The notes beneath the pieces are model-generated. The model was not told the origin of the DNA and searched no databases. It worked only from the letters and a program-made list of their open reading frames with translations. A stretch of DNA of 64,000 bases from an uncultured Dehalococcoidales bacterium (lineage in GTDB: Bacteria > Chloroflexota > Dehalococcoidia > GIF9 > UBA5629), in contig CAZAIO010000001.1 in NCBI GenBank assembly GCA_964485235.1, forward strand, positions 8,657 through 72,656. The letters run 5' to 3'. The translations under genes were made by a program, and so were the position numbers. Shown here piece by piece: positions 36,863-48,428 of this stretch (position 1 is its first letter; the number at the start of each line of letters is the position of its first letter).

Positions 36863-38758
36863 ATGGACATTGATAAAGCAAATAATATATTGAAAACAAG
36901 ATTATCCGAAGATAATTTTAAAAAGCTGAGCAAGATTACGAGTCCGAAAGTACACGAGTTTATAGCCAGTTATATTGAACTATGTAATCCGTCTAAGATA
37001 TTTGTTTGCAATGATTCTGAAGAAGATATTCGCTATGTAAGAGAAGCCGCTATTAAAAATAAAGAGGAAGCGGCACTCGCTATTAAAGGTCACAGTGTTC
37101 ATTTTGATGGATATCACGATCAGGCACGCGATAAAGAAAACACAAAATTCCTTCTTCCGACAGGGGTCAATCTTGGTCCTGAAATCAACGCCATGGATAT
37201 GGATGAAGGCATGCAGGAAATTCGCAGACTGCTGACAAATATTATGCAAGGACACGAGCTATTCGTCCGCTTCTTCTGCCTTGGACCGTTGCGATCGACC
37301 TTCTCCTTACCATGCGTCCAGCTTACCGATTCCGCATATGTGTCACATAGCGAAGACCTTCTCTACAGGCAGGGCTACAATGAGTTTCTCCGTTTGGGCA
37401 ACGTAGAGCGCTTCTTTAAATTCGTTCATTCTCAGGGCAAACTGGTTGAGGCGGGGCTTGGCCTCCTGGTGAGCGAAAATATAAAAGAAAGACGCCTGTA
37501 TATCAATCTCGAGGATGAGATCGTTTTCAGTACGAACACACAATATGGCGGTAATACAATAGGCTTGAAGAAAATCGCAATGCGACTTGCTATTAACAAA
37601 GCTTCAAAAGAAGACTGGCTTACAGAACATATGCTGGTCATGGGAGTTCGGGGACCCGAAAACAGGATAAGCTACTTTACAGGAGCGTTCCCATCTATGT
37701 GCGGAAAAACTTCGACTGCCATGATAGATGGTGAGCTCATAATAGGTGATGATATTGCATACCTCAGAGTCATCGACGGCGTTATACGTGCAGTTAATGT
37801 AGAGAAAGGTATGTTCGGAATTATCGAAGGGATTAACTCTATCGACGACCCGCTCCAGTGGGATGCAATTAATAAGCCCGGAGAAATAATATTCTCGAAT
37901 ATACTTGTAACCAATGATAAAAAAGCATACTGGATCGGTCATGATGGCGAATCTCCGACAAGCGGTGTCAATCATTCGGGAAATTGGACGCAGGGCAAGA
38001 AAGATAAAGATGGAAACGAGATCCCACCTTCACATAAAAATGCCCGGTTTACTTTTGACCTGTCAATTCTTGAGAACGCTGATCCGAAACGAAACGATCC
38101 TGCAGGTGTAGAGGTTTGCGGTATGATATACGGCGGGAGAGACTCCGATACATCAGTACCGGTAAATGAAGCGTTTAACTGGACCGAGGGCATTATCATT
38201 AAAGGTGCAGGACTGGAATCTGAAACTACCGCTGCAACCCTTGGAAAACAGGGTGTAAGAGTATTCAATCCTATGTCGAATCTGGACTTTTTATCTATAC
38301 CGATCGGCCAATATGTTCAGGACAACCTGGATTTCGGCGCGAAAGTAAAGAATCCCCCCCGTATCTTTGCCGTTAATTATTTCCTGAGAAACTCCGAGGG
38401 AAAATTCCTCAACCACAAGAATGATAAAAAGGTATGGTTAAAATGGATGGAACTCAGGGTGCATAACGATGTAAAAGCTATAAAAACGCCAATCGGATTT
38501 ATTCCCGAATATGCAGACCTGAAACGCCTGTTTAAAGAAACGTTCAACAAGGACTATACTGAAAAAGACTACGTAGAGCAATTTACTATAAGAATTCCTG
38601 AATACCTGGCAAAAATGGACCGGTTGATAGAAATATATAAAACACGCGTTACCGATACACCGGCTATTGTATTCACCACATTTAACGAACAGAAGGCAAG
38701 ACTTGAAGAAGCGAGAAAAAAATACGGCGACTATATTGCGCCGGAAAAATTTCTTTGA
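36863..38758 (+). CDS. pckG: Phosphoenolpyruvate carboxykinase (GTP).
   Basis: 631 aa. Kinase-1a-like FPSMCGKTS motif and overall GTP-PEPCK architecture. Confidence 0.8.
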   Translation: MDIDKANNILKTRLSEDNFKKLSKITSPKVHEFIASYIELCNPSKIFVCNDSEEDIRYVREAAIKNKEEAALAIKGHSVHFDGYHDQARDKENTKFLLPTGVNLGPEINAMDMDEGMQEIRRLLTNIMQGHELFVRFFCLGPLRSTFSLPCVQLTDSAYVSHSEDLLYRQGYNEFLRLGNVERFFKFVHSQGKLVEAGLGLLVSENIKERRLYINLEDEIVFSTNTQYGGNTIGLKKIAMRLAINKASKEDWLTEHMLVMGVRGPENRISYFTGAFPSMCGKTSTAMIDGELIIGDDIAYLRVIDGVIRAVNVEKGMFGIIEGINSIDDPLQWDAINKPGEIIFSNILVTNDKKAYWIGHDGESPTSGVNHSGNWTQGKKDKDGNEIPPSHKNARFTFDLSILENADPKRNDPAGVEVCGMIYGGRDSDTSVPVNEAFNWTEGIIIKGAGLESETTAATLGKQGVRVFNPMSNLDFLSIPIGQYVQDNLDFGAKVKNPPRIFAVNYFLRNSEGKFLNHKNDKKVWLKWMELRVHNDVKAIKTPIGFIPEYADLKRLFKETFNKDYTEKDYVEQFTIRIPEYLAKMDRLIEIYKTRVTDTPAIVFTTFNEQKARLEEARKKYGDYIAPEKFL

Positions 38759-38823
38759 TCCAAAATTTGCTGAATAGACCTGTTCCGGATTATTTTAACT
38801 CAATGTAGTTTATAATTCGTATA

Positions 38824-38860
38824 TACTGGATGATATCCGTCCAGTGAACATTTTTCTTTG
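38824..38860 (+). terminator. Weak intrinsic terminator after pckG.
   Basis: Stem actgga / tccagt with a 9-nt loop, then a T-run (tttttcttt). Confidence 0.3.
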
Positions 38861-39051
38861 GATGGAAATATAATAAACTTGTTTCGTCGTATACTCACTG
38901 CACCCTTCATTTTCCATCAGAATTTGCGTTATATGAATAAGCAGGCATCTGAATAAAACCGGAGTGAAATAAAATAAACATTATAAATAATGCTTTAATA
39001 GAGAATCACTCTATTCGCCTGCGCACTGAAGAGCGCGAGGAATGTCTTTCC

Positions 39052-40044
39052 GTGTTTGCTGCAAAAAACAGGACAAGCCGGGGTAGAGAAATTACTGAAG
39101 CTCCCTGTCCATTGCGTACTGATTTTCAGCGGGACAGGGACAGGATTATCCATTCCAATGCATTTCGCCGTCTTAAACATAAGACGCAGGTATTTGTCGC
39201 TCCGCTTGACGATCACTTCGTAACCAGGTTAACCCATACACTGGAGGTATCTCAGATTGCACGAACAATATCAAGATCGCTCAACCTCAATGAAGACCTG
39301 ACTGAAGCAATAGCACTCGGGCACGACCTCGGACATACACCATTCGGCCATATCGGGGAGAAAGTGCTTGATGAACTTTTACCGGATGGTTTCAGGCATA
39401 ACGAGCAAAGTCTTAGAGTAGTCGACCTGCTTGAAAAATATGGAAAGGGCCTAAATCTTACATGGGAAGTACGAGACGGTATTCTACACCATTCCAAGGG
39501 GATGATCGGTATTCTTGGAGAAGGTTGGTCGGATGTCGGCACCGTAGAAGGACAGGTTGTGAAGATAGCTGACATTGTCGCATACATCAACCATGATACC
39601 GGTGATGCAATAAGGGCTGGAATAATCACAGAGAAACAACTTCCCTCTTCCGTTGCGGAAGTACTCGGACATTCTTCATCCCGGCGAATCAATACTCTTG
39701 TGGTTGATATCGTAAGCAATTCAATCGACAGCATAAATGATGAGCATACAAAAAAACCTTCGATTAGTATGAGTCCTGCAATTTTAAAAGTATCGAATGC
39801 TCTACGTGATTTTCTTTTCGACAAGGTATATAATTCAGACTTGGCCGCAGAACAAAACAAAGCAAAAGAAGTAATATATACGTTATATGAGTATTATCTG
39901 GTCAACGAAGATAAACTTCCCGACGAGTACCGGCTACGCAATGACAGTATCGAACGTAAAGTTACCGATTATATAGCCGGTATGACCGACCTGTATGCAA
40001 TGCGTAAGGCGGAAGAGATTGATCAATATAAGCACAAGCGATAA
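39052..40044 (+). CDS. dgt: dGTPase-like HD-domain deoxynucleoside triphosphate triphosphohydrolase.
   Basis: FQRDRDRIIHSNAFRRL and the HD motif (HTRLTHTLEVSQI..GHDLGHTPFGH). Confidence 0.75.
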   Translation: MFAAKNRTSRGREITEAPCPLRTDFQRDRDRIIHSNAFRRLKHKTQVFVAPLDDHFVTRLTHTLEVSQIARTISRSLNLNEDLTEAIALGHDLGHTPFGHIGEKVLDELLPDGFRHNEQSLRVVDLLEKYGKGLNLTWEVRDGILHHSKGMIGILGEGWSDVGTVEGQVVKIADIVAYINHDTGDAIRAGIITEKQLPSSVAEVLGHSSSRRINTLVVDIVSNSIDSINDEHTKKPSISMSPAILKVSNALRDFLFDKVYNSDLAAEQNKAKEVIYTLYEYYLVNEDKLPDEYRLRNDSIERKVTDYIAGMTDLYAMRKAEEIDQYKHKR

Positions 40045-40082
40045 ACAAACTATTTAATTTTTTCGTTTCTTTCCAGAGTGAT

Positions 40083-41924
40083 ATGAGTATAGCAGGCGAT
40101 ATAAAACAAAAACTCGACATTGTCGAGGTCATCTCCGAATATGTCACGTTGCAAAAATCCGGGCATAATTTTAAAGCAATATGCCCTTTCCACTCGGAAA
40201 AGACACCTTCATTTTTTGTCTTTCCTGACAATCAAAGCTGGCATTGTTTCGGCTCCTGCGGTACCGGTGGCGACATCTTTGCCTTCGTAATGAAGAAGGA
40301 GAATATAGATTTCGCACAATCATTAAAACTTCTGGCTGAAAAAGCAGGAATAAGCCTCTCGGAATATAAATTACCTGATAAAGCGCACGAAGAACGCAAG
40401 GAAAAGCTCCTCAGGTTGAATGAAGCCGCCGCTGCATATTATCATCATTTACTCGTATCTACACCTGCGGGCAAGAAAGCACGGGACTATCTTTCACAGC
40501 GCGGACTGTCATCTCAGTCGTTAGAGCAGTTTCAACTAGGGTTCAGTAAAGACAGCTACGAAGATATTCAAAACCATTTGCTTGCTGAGAATTACAGCGA
40601 AAAGGACTTGCTGGACACGGGTATGGTAATAGAACGTGAGAGCGGTGGTTATTATGATCGGTTTAGAAATCGTATTATGTTTCCGATCCGTGATATCCAT
40701 GGCAAAGTCACCGGCTTCGGTGCCAGAGCCATGGATGACTCTTCGGCAAAATATATTAATTCCCCGCAATCGGCTATCTTCGATAAAAGCAGTAGCGTTT
40801 ATGCAGTTGACAGGGCGAGCAAATTCATCCGCCAGTCCGATATGGTGGTGATTACCGAAGGGTATATGGATGTGATCACCGCTCATCAGCACGGCGTGCA
40901 AAATACAGTTGCTGCGATGGGAACAGCATTAACTGAAAAACAACTGGATATATTGAAAAAATTAACAAAAAATATTATATTGGCGCTTGATGCCGACTCG
41001 GCAGGTATTGAGGCGGTCTACAGAAGCAGCGAAATACTGGACAAAACAAAGCCGGTCACACCGTCGGATAGCATAGACGGATCAATTGCAGGCATGCTTT
41101 CACATGAAGTCAAGGTAATTGTCCTTCCTGAAGGTAAGGACCTGGACCAGGTAATCAGGGAAGATGAAACACAGTGGCATTATTTATTACAGAATGCCAG
41201 ACCGATAATGGACTTCCTGTTTTCAAATGCGGTTGCCCGGATCGATTTAAATAGTGCGCAGGATAAGTCTGCACTTGTCGATAAATTTCTACCGCTCTTA
41301 TCAGGTATCAAAGATACAATTCGACAGGCACATTACATTCATAAACTTGCCACATTACTCGGAATTAATGATAACGTCATCGAAGATGTAATAAAAAAAT
41401 CACGTGGAGTACATAAAGGTAAAAGACCTGTAAACAGATTAAATTACCGTACAAATGCTATTGATCCTTCGCTTCTATCAAACCCACTCGAAGAGTATAG
41501 TCTTGCGCTTCTGCTGCAATTTCCAAATCTCAGAGATCAGGGCGAAAATATTTCTTCTGAATATTTCGAGCTTACCGAGAACCGAGAACTTTTCCTAAAA
41601 TGGCTAAATAATGATAAACTTGAGCATAATAATAATAACCTTGATAATATTCTCCAGCAACGGTTTCATGACCTGATGCAAAAAGAGTTGCCGCCTGTAT
41701 TAAAATATAGCGAAGAAGCACAACAAAAAGATTTTGCAATGTGCACTACCCGCTTAAAAGAAAGATGGTTGAGAAATACAGAGCTTAAAAAAGCACTCTT
41801 TTTCGCAGAAGTAAACGGAACAAACGAGCAACTTTCCAGATTAAATGAGAAAGGTATTGAGGAACATAAACAATTAAAAGAGATTTTTGATGCCAGAGAT
41901 ACGAAAAGAAAAACAACAGCATAA
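40083..41924 (+). CDS. dnaG: DNA primase.
   Basis: Zinc-ribbon [11 protein letters not shown]...CFGCG and TOPRIM motifs (EGYMDV, DAD). Confidence 0.9.
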   Translation: MSIAGDIKQKLDIVEVISEYVTLQKSGHNFKAICPFHSEKTPSFFVFPDNQSWHCFGSCGTGGDIFAFVMKKENIDFAQSLKLLAEKAGISLSEYKLPDKAHEERKEKLLRLNEAAAAYYHHLLVSTPAGKKARDYLSQRGLSSQSLEQFQLGFSKDSYEDIQNHLLAENYSEKDLLDTGMVIERESGGYYDRFRNRIMFPIRDIHGKVTGFGARAMDDSSAKYINSPQSAIFDKSSSVYAVDRASKFIRQSDMVVITEGYMDVITAHQHGVQNTVAAMGTALTEKQLDILKKLTKNIILALDADSAGIEAVYRSSEILDKTKPVTPSDSIDGSIAGMLSHEVKVIVLPEGKDLDQVIREDETQWHYLLQNARPIMDFLFSNAVARIDLNSAQDKSALVDKFLPLLSGIKDTIRQAHYIHKLATLLGINDNVIEDVIKKSRGVHKGKRPVNRLNYRTNAIDPSLLSNPLEEYSLALLLQFPNLRDQGENISSEYFELTENRELFLKWLNNDKLEHNNNNLDNILQQRFHDLMQKELPPVLKYSEEAQQKDFAMCTTRLKERWLRNTELKKALFFAEVNGTNEQLSRLNEKGIEEHKQLKEIFDARDTKRKTTA

Positions 41925-41943
41925 AACCGAAGAGGAACAGGAA

Positions 41944-43497
41944 ATGAGCCTTTCGAAAGATGATGATCTAATCTCATACTTTCCTGAAAAGAAAAATGCC
42001 GGCGCAAATCGTAACGAAATACTCGATATGAACGAGGATGATGAATCGATGTATGTCATCAGCGATAGCGACGCTGAAGAGGAGCCTGACCTGGCCACTC
42101 TCTGGGAAGAAGAAGAATCCACCGATATCGAAGAAGACGATATATTAAAACCTGGATTTGAAAGCAAAACGGCATTCTCTGCTGAGGAAACGGAAGATGT
42201 AGACCATGATGTAATCGATGACCCGGTACATGTTTACCTACGTGAAATCGGTAAAGTGCAGCTTCTTACCGCTAAAGACGAGAAAATCCTGGCCAGCAAA
42301 CTGGAAGAGGCAAAATATCTAAGAAAAATAGAAGACCTTTATTTCCAGCAATATAATATCTACCCTCCGGTTGAAGAAATAATGGTCTACATGGTCCGCC
42401 ATCTTCTATCTTTGAAACCCCTCTATGACCTGATTATAAAAATGCTGGAACTTCCCGGCGAGGATAATTTTGTAAAAGCAGTCCTCGACGAAAAATTGCA
42501 TGATGCAATAGACGGTGTTATCGATCCGAACTTAATTATAAGATTAAGCGAACAGGGTGAAGACTTCGCTCAGGATACGGAGCTGAACATGATAACCCTG
42601 TCACTCGATATCCGGTTATTACCTCCCGAACTCCTTACAATTATCGGCGAAGAAACAACATGGAAGGAAGTAGAATCACTTGTTAGTGATCCTATTAGTC
42701 CGGAATTCATGCAACAAGTGCATTCAAAGAACGCACAAATCAAGGCTTTTCTGGATAGAGTAAAAAAAACAGCGGATAAGGCAGAAAAACACCTTACGGA
42801 AGCCAATTTACGACTGGTAGTGAGTGTAGCCAAGAAATATGTAGGACACGGGATGCCGCTTCTGGACCTCATTCAAGAAGGAAATATAGGTCTCGTCAGG
42901 GCAGTTGAAAAATTCGAATACAGGAAGGGTTATAAATTCAGTACATATGCCACATGGTGGATCCGGCAGGCAATTACACGGGCAATAGCCGACCAGGCGC
43001 GTACTATACGTATACCGGTACACATGGTCGAGACTATTAATAGATTGCTCAGAACAAATAGACGGCTCGCCCAGGAATATGGCAGGGAACCGAGTTATGA
43101 AGAAATAGGCAAGGGCATGGAAATTTCCTCGGAACGTGTAAGGGAAATAATGAAGCTGTCACAAATGCCTATTTCCCTGGAAATGCCTATAGGAGAAGAA
43201 GAGGACAGCCATCTCGGTGATTTTATCGAAGACAGAGCAACCATGGCCCCCGCAGATGCAGCCTCGCGAGAGCTGCTTAAAGCCCAGTTGAACTCTGTTC
43301 TAAACGAGCTTAGCGAAAGAGAAAGGCGTGTATTGTTGCTCAGATTCGGGCTTGAAGACGGACGTGCAAGAACGCTTGAAGAAGTAGGTAAAGAGTTCAA
43401 TGTTACACGTGAGAGAATCCGGCAAATTGAAGCTAAAGCATTGCGCAAACTGCGACATCCAAGCAGAAGTCGCAAATTGAAAGACTATCTGGAATAA
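41944..43497 (+). CDS. rpoD: RNA polymerase sigma-70 factor RpoD.
   Basis: Acidic N-terminus, regions 1.2 through 4 ([10 protein letters not shown], the RpoD box, the C-terminal helix-turn-helix). The ATG at 41944 has an RBS and lies just after the dnaG stop. Confidence 0.9.
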   Translation: MSLSKDDDLISYFPEKKNAGANRNEILDMNEDDESMYVISDSDAEEEPDLATLWEEEESTDIEEDDILKPGFESKTAFSAEETEDVDHDVIDDPVHVYLREIGKVQLLTAKDEKILASKLEEAKYLRKIEDLYFQQYNIYPPVEEIMVYMVRHLLSLKPLYDLIIKMLELPGEDNFVKAVLDEKLHDAIDGVIDPNLIIRLSEQGEDFAQDTELNMITLSLDIRLLPPELLTIIGEETTWKEVESLVSDPISPEFMQQVHSKNAQIKAFLDRVKKTADKAEKHLTEANLRLVVSVAKKYVGHGMPLLDLIQEGNIGLVRAVEKFEYRKGYKFSTYATWWIRQAITRAIADQARTIRIPVHMVETINRLLRTNRRLAQEYGREPSYEEIGKGMEISSERVREIMKLSQMPISLEMPIGEEEDSHLGDFIEDRATMAPADAASRELLKAQLNSVLNELSERERRVLLLRFGLEDGRARTLEEVGKEFNVTRERIRQIEAKALRKLRHPSRSRKLKDYLE

Positions 43498-43518
43498 ACA
43501 AGGTACACAGGAGCAACA

Positions 43519-44127
43519 ATGAGAATATTTTCAACAGTCCTTATGGTTATCGGTGCTATTGCTCTCGCAGTACTCCTTTTTTTCATGACAGGTGTTTTCC
43601 TGTACTCACTCGCGCCGGCTATCAAATCGCAAATGACCATTTCACCGGTATCCTATGATGCGGTTAAAAGTTTCGATAATAAATTCGATACGTTTAAAGA
43701 CGATGTAAAAAAAGCTGCTGCCGCCGGCCAGAAAGTTGATGTCTCCCTGAAACTTACTGAGGAGGAACTCAATTCCAAGATAGTAGAATTGCTTGCCGAC
43801 GGGGAACTTCCCTGCCGCGATCTACTCGTGAACTTCGAAGATGATTATATCTGGCTTTATGCAGTCATGAACAACCGTGGGATAGACGCAAAAATCGGTC
43901 TGGTCGGAAAATTCGATATAGTCGATAGCGATGTATCTGTTATCGTTGAAGATTTCTTTCTTGGGAAATTGCCAATCACCAAGTCCACCGATGAAAAAGT
44001 AGGGAAACTGCTGGATATAGTTTGGATAATGCAAAATCCATTTAAAGATATGCCGGTCAAATTAACTTATATTAGTATAGATAAAGGGTCAATTACATTT
44101 GAAGGCGTCACTACGGCAGCGGAATAA
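43519..44127 (+). CDS. Hypothetical membrane-anchored protein (202 aa).
   Basis: RBS aggag. One N-terminal transmembrane helix. No recognisable domain. Confidence 0.4.
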   Translation: MRIFSTVLMVIGAIALAVLLFFMTGVFLYSLAPAIKSQMTISPVSYDAVKSFDNKFDTFKDDVKKAAAAGQKVDVSLKLTEEELNSKIVELLADGELPCRDLLVNFEDDYIWLYAVMNNRGIDAKIGLVGKFDIVDSDVSVIVEDFFLGKLPITKSTDEKVGKLLDIVWIMQNPFKDMPVKLTYISIDKGSITFEGVTTAAE

Positions 44128-44137
44128 CCATAGCCCT

Positions 44138-45466
44138 TCATCTCATCATCCCCATAAGGTTGCGGGGCAATTTTCCTTTTGCCATTACTTTCGTGAGCTT
44201 TTGTAACTGATAAAACTGATTGAGCACCTGATTGACATCGCTTGGTGCTGTACCGCTTCCTTTCGCTATACGACGCCTGCGGCTTCCACCTATAATCGAA
44301 GGATTGCGACGTTCCTCGGGAGTCATAGAGAGGATAACAGCCTCAATCTTTTTCATTTGTTGCTCTTCTTTCCCATCCGCCATCTTCGATGAAATCTTTG
44401 AAAATCCGGGAATCATATCCATCAACTGGTCCAACGGCCCCATCTTTTTAATCTGATTTAACTGTTCCAGGAAGTCTTCCAGCGTAAATGTAGAGCTTCG
44501 GATATTTTTTTCCAGCTTCTCTATCTGCTGCTTATCAAATGTTTTTTCCGCTTTTTCGATGAGCGTGAGCATATCACCCATACCCAGAATACGGGATGCC
44601 ATACGGTCAGGATAAAAAGGCTCCAGATTGGCTGGCTTTTCACCGCTGCCTATGTATTTGACGGGCACCCCTGTAACCGAGCGAATTGAAAGCGCTGCAC
44701 CGCCGCGGGCATCTCCGTCCATTTTTGTAAGAATCAGCCCGGTCAGGCCGACATGAAGATTGAACTCCTCGGCTATTTTCACTGAATCCTGCCCCACCAT
44801 GGCATCTACAACAAGCAACACTTCTGAAGGATGCAATGCCTTTTTCATATCGGTCAATTCTTTCATTAATTCTTCATCGACATGCAAACGGCCCTGCGTA
44901 TCTACTATCATCCACGTTGCTGCCATTTCTTTTGCACGTTTGAGCGCATTGCGACAAATAGTCAACGGAGTACTCTTCACATCCTCATGGTATACGGGCA
45001 GGTCCAATTGTTTCCCCAGTACAACAAGTTGTTCAATTGCCGCAGGCCGTCTGGTGTCTGCTGCTACGAGAAGAGGACGTTGTCCGGACTGTTTGAGCTG
45101 AAGAGCCAGCTTCGATGATGTGGTGGTTTTGCCTGAACCCTGAAGCCCGACCAGCATAATAATCGAAGGCGGTTGTGGTGAAACGGCAAGCTTTGCCTGG
45201 GTGATCCCCAGAAGATTGACCAATTCTTCATTTACAATTTTTACGATTTGTTGTCCTGGCGTAAGACTTTCAAGTACTGCGGCGTTCAGTGCTTTCTCAC
45301 GTACACCGGCAAGAAAGGTTTTTACCACTTTAAAGTTCACATCGGCTTCCAGAAGCGCAATCCGAATCAGCCGAAGAGCCTCGTCAATGTCTTTTTCGCT
45401 CAGCCTTCCCCTATTATTTAAATTGCGTAATACATTGCCGATCTTTTCAGTAAGTATTTCAAACAT
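44138..45466 (-). CDS. ffh: Signal recognition particle protein Ffh.
   Basis: N domain, G domain (GLQGSGKTT, DTAGR) and a methionine-rich M domain. Confidence 0.95.
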   Translation of the reverse strand: MFEILTEKIGNVLRNLNNRGRLSEKDIDEALRLIRIALLEADVNFKVVKTFLAGVREKALNAAVLESLTPGQQIVKIVNEELVNLLGITQAKLAVSPQPPSIIMLVGLQGSGKTTTSSKLALQLKQSGQRPLLVAADTRRPAAIEQLVVLGKQLDLPVYHEDVKSTPLTICRNALKRAKEMAATWMIVDTQGRLHVDEELMKELTDMKKALHPSEVLLVVDAMVGQDSVKIAEEFNLHVGLTGLILTKMDGDARGGAALSIRSVTGVPVKYIGSGEKPANLEPFYPDRMASRILGMGDMLTLIEKAEKTFDKQQIEKLEKNIRSSTFTLEDFLEQLNQIKKMGPLDQLMDMIPGFSKISSKMADGKEEQQMKKIEAVILSMTPEERRNPSIIGGSRRRRIAKGSGTAPSDVNQVLNQFYQLQKLTKVMAKGKLPRNLMGMMR

Positions 45467-45797
45467 GCGTAATTACCTCAATTCCAGTAAATTGTCGATA
45501 ACCATTCGAACAACTTATTATAAACAATAACACTGCAATAATGACAGAACACCGCATAATCATACAAGCATTAAATAACTTTATGTCAACTAAATCTGCT
45601 GTGTATTTTTACGTTATGCCTGCCCTATTTTAATACCGCGCCTGTGTTATAATAGCTATCTCATATTTATCTTACCATATCTGATATATCTGATTATCGA
45701 CAGCTATACTATATATATAGTAGCTATCATAATATAAACGTTATAAAATTAAATTAATCCGGCGATTACACAAACGCGTTGTTTTAAGTAATTTCAT

Positions 45798-48371
45798 ATG
45801 ATTCCGAAAAAGCTCACTATAAAGAATTTCATGTGCTATCGCGATAATGTGCCGCCGCTTTCTTTCGACGGTATTCACGTTGCCTGTTTGTGCGGCGACA
45901 ATGGAAACGGTAAATCGGCAATTTTCGACGCGATGACATGGGCAATCTGGGGTGAATCACGTGCAAAAAGCGATGATGACCTTATTTATTTGGGGCAGCC
46001 TGAAATGGAAATCGAGCTTGAGTTCATGTCACGCGGTAAAGTATACCGCGTCCTTCGCAAACGTTCCAGAAGGCTCAGCGCAACAAGACCGGGGCATACT
46101 ATTTTAGAGCTTCAAATATCAGACAACGGTAGCTATAAATCGATGAGCGGCAACAGCTTTCAGGAGACACAGAAAATAATTATCGACCTGCTTAATATGG
46201 ACTACCAGACTTTTGTTAACAGCGCTTTTCTTCGTCAGGGACATTCAGATGAATTCAGCATTAAACGTCCCGGTGAACGCAAAGAGATTATCGCAACCAT
46301 TCTCAACCTGTCCCAATATGACGAGCTGGAAAGAAAGGCAAAAGAAAAGGCGTTACAAAAAAAAGGTGAAATAGCCGAACTCGATAATTCGATTGAGGAC
46401 ATCGACACACAGCTTTCCCGCCTGAACGAGCATGAAACAAAACTAGGTGAGATACAACAGGTGCTGGACAATATCGAAAAGGAAAAAAAACAAAAGGAAC
46501 AGTTACTATCGGCATTACGCGTACAGAAAGACATGATAGAGCGCAAAAAAGACCAGCTAAAGGCTATTCAAGACCGGATACAAGGAATGGCAGAGGACCT
46601 GAACTACTGGAAACAAAAATTGGAAACCAGCAGAAAAAAGATAGCCGAGTACGAATCGGTCATGGCAAATAAGGATGATATTGTCAGGGGATATACTGAA
46701 TATATTTCGACCGGCAAGACCAATGAGGAATATAACCGTAAGTTGGGCCAGTTGCTTACCATCAACGAGCATATCAACAAACTGGAACATGAAATACAAA
46801 AAGCCGGAGAGCTTCTCACTATTGAATATGAAAAGATAAGGGCTAAAATAACCGACAGAGAACAAAGCTTCAATAAAATATCGTCACTGGAACAAAGTCT
46901 GACGGAAGCCCGGCACGATGTTGTCGCTATCGGAGAAATGGAACAGGAACTGTCAACACGGAGAAAGGAAGCACAATCGATATCCTCCCGTATCAGTTAT
47001 TTAGAATCGACCTTCGCGCAAGCAGAACAGGAAACGGAAAGTCTTCATGAAAGACACAAACTGCTTTCTCAGGGGGAAACACGTTGTCCCCTCTGTGAGA
47101 CAGAGCTCGGACAGGATGGAATAGAACGTATCGAGATGAAACTAGCAAAGGAAATAGAAGATAAAGAGGTTATACGGCAGAAGGTAGTACAGGAACTGTC
47201 ACAAAAACGCGAAATATTAAAATCGATTGAGCAGGACGTAGCTGAAAAGGAACGGCGGCTCAACCAGGAGCGGTCCCGACGGCAAAGCCGGCTGGATATT
47301 ATAGGTAAAGAATTGGAAGCAGCAAGAAAGGCAGGCAATGAGATTGCCTCTGAGAAATCACGCCTTGAAGAGATCGAAGAACAGCTTGCCAATAAAGAGT
47401 ATGCAGTACATGAGCAGCAGTCTCTGACAAAACTGGAGCAGGTGAGGAATATACTCGACTACAATAAAACACAGCATGAAACCGTTAAAAAACAACTTGA
47501 AGCGCTTATTAAATATGACAGCCTTAAACGTGAATACGATGACGTAATGAAATATAACGACCAGGAAAAACGTTCTCTTGCCGAGGCGGAATTGAGGATT
47601 TCTCATCTTGATGCCGGAACACAGGAAGCAACACAAACCCGGGAGTCTCTGAACAGCGAAATAGCCGTATTGTCGACTGAGGTAATAAAACTCGACCAGG
47701 CGGAACGTGAATACGCGTTATTACAGGAACAGGAACGACAGCAGCGCGATCTGCTCATGACGTACCAGGAAAGAAAAAGACACCTTGTCGAACTCGATAG
47801 CGTAAAGCATGATAAAGAAGCACTACGTAAAGAAGCTGAAAAAGAAGACCTGATCTACAGGGAACTTACCGAAGCATTCAGTAAGAAAGGGGTACAGGCG
47901 CTGCTTATAAGCCAGGCCTATCCTGAGATTGAAATGGAAGCCAACCGGCTGCTTGGAAAAATGACCGACAACAGGCTCTCGCTGAAATTGGAAAGTCAGC
48001 GCGAGATGAGGTCCAAAAAAAACGAAACAATAGAAACACTCGATATTAAAATTGCGGATGAACTCGGAACACGTAATTATGAAATGTATAGTGGCGGCGA
48101 AGCGTTCCGTATCGATCTGGCGCTGCGCATTGCGCTTTCAAAATTACTTGTACGGCGTGCGGGCGCTTCATTGCCCTTACTAATTATAGACGAAGGATTC
48201 GGAACTCAGGACAGTTCAGGAAGAGAACGTCTGGTTGAAGCTATTAACTCTATTCAGGACGACTTTGAAAAGATATTTGTTATCACACATCTTGAAGAGC
48301 TTAAAGAGAGTTTTCCCATAACAATAAATGTCGTAAAAACTGCTGACGGCTCAACGATATCCATCAGTTAA
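45798..48371 (+). CDS. sbcC: SbcC/Rad50-like SMC-family ATPase with a CxxC zinc hook (857 aa). No adjacent SbcD.
   Basis: N-terminal Walker A (CGDNGNGKSAIFDAMTWAIWGE). A long coiled coil with CPLC near its midpoint. C-terminal signature SGGE and Walker B LLIIDEGFG. Confidence 0.7.
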   Translation: MIPKKLTIKNFMCYRDNVPPLSFDGIHVACLCGDNGNGKSAIFDAMTWAIWGESRAKSDDDLIYLGQPEMEIELEFMSRGKVYRVLRKRSRRLSATRPGHTILELQISDNGSYKSMSGNSFQETQKIIIDLLNMDYQTFVNSAFLRQGHSDEFSIKRPGERKEIIATILNLSQYDELERKAKEKALQKKGEIAELDNSIEDIDTQLSRLNEHETKLGEIQQVLDNIEKEKKQKEQLLSALRVQKDMIERKKDQLKAIQDRIQGMAEDLNYWKQKLETSRKKIAEYESVMANKDDIVRGYTEYISTGKTNEEYNRKLGQLLTINEHINKLEHEIQKAGELLTIEYEKIRAKITDREQSFNKISSLEQSLTEARHDVVAIGEMEQELSTRRKEAQSISSRISYLESTFAQAEQETESLHERHKLLSQGETRCPLCETELGQDGIERIEMKLAKEIEDKEVIRQKVVQELSQKREILKSIEQDVAEKERRLNQERSRRQSRLDIIGKELEAARKAGNEIASEKSRLEEIEEQLANKEYAVHEQQSLTKLEQVRNILDYNKTQHETVKKQLEALIKYDSLKREYDDVMKYNDQEKRSLAEAELRISHLDAGTQEATQTRESLNSEIAVLSTEVIKLDQAEREYALLQEQERQQRDLLMTYQERKRHLVELDSVKHDKEALRKEAEKEDLIYRELTEAFSKKGVQALLISQAYPEIEMEANRLLGKMTDNRLSLKLESQREMRSKKNETIETLDIKIADELGTRNYEMYSGGEAFRIDLALRIALSKLLVRRAGASLPLLIIDEGFGTQDSSGRERLVEAINSIQDDFEKIFVITHLEELKESFPITINVVKTADGSTISIS

Positions 48372-48428
48372 CAGATAATAATTATATTGCCTGTGCTTGA
48401 TAAAACAGTGATATCAAAAACTAATTCT

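Noticed and set aside
45600-45760. Repeated agctatc / ttatc-like motifs in the AT-rich spacer between ffh and sbcC, considered as possible DnaA boxes or an oriC.
   Set aside because: No match to TTATCCACA-type DnaA boxes and no dnaA or dnaN nearby. This is most likely just a divergent promoter region.
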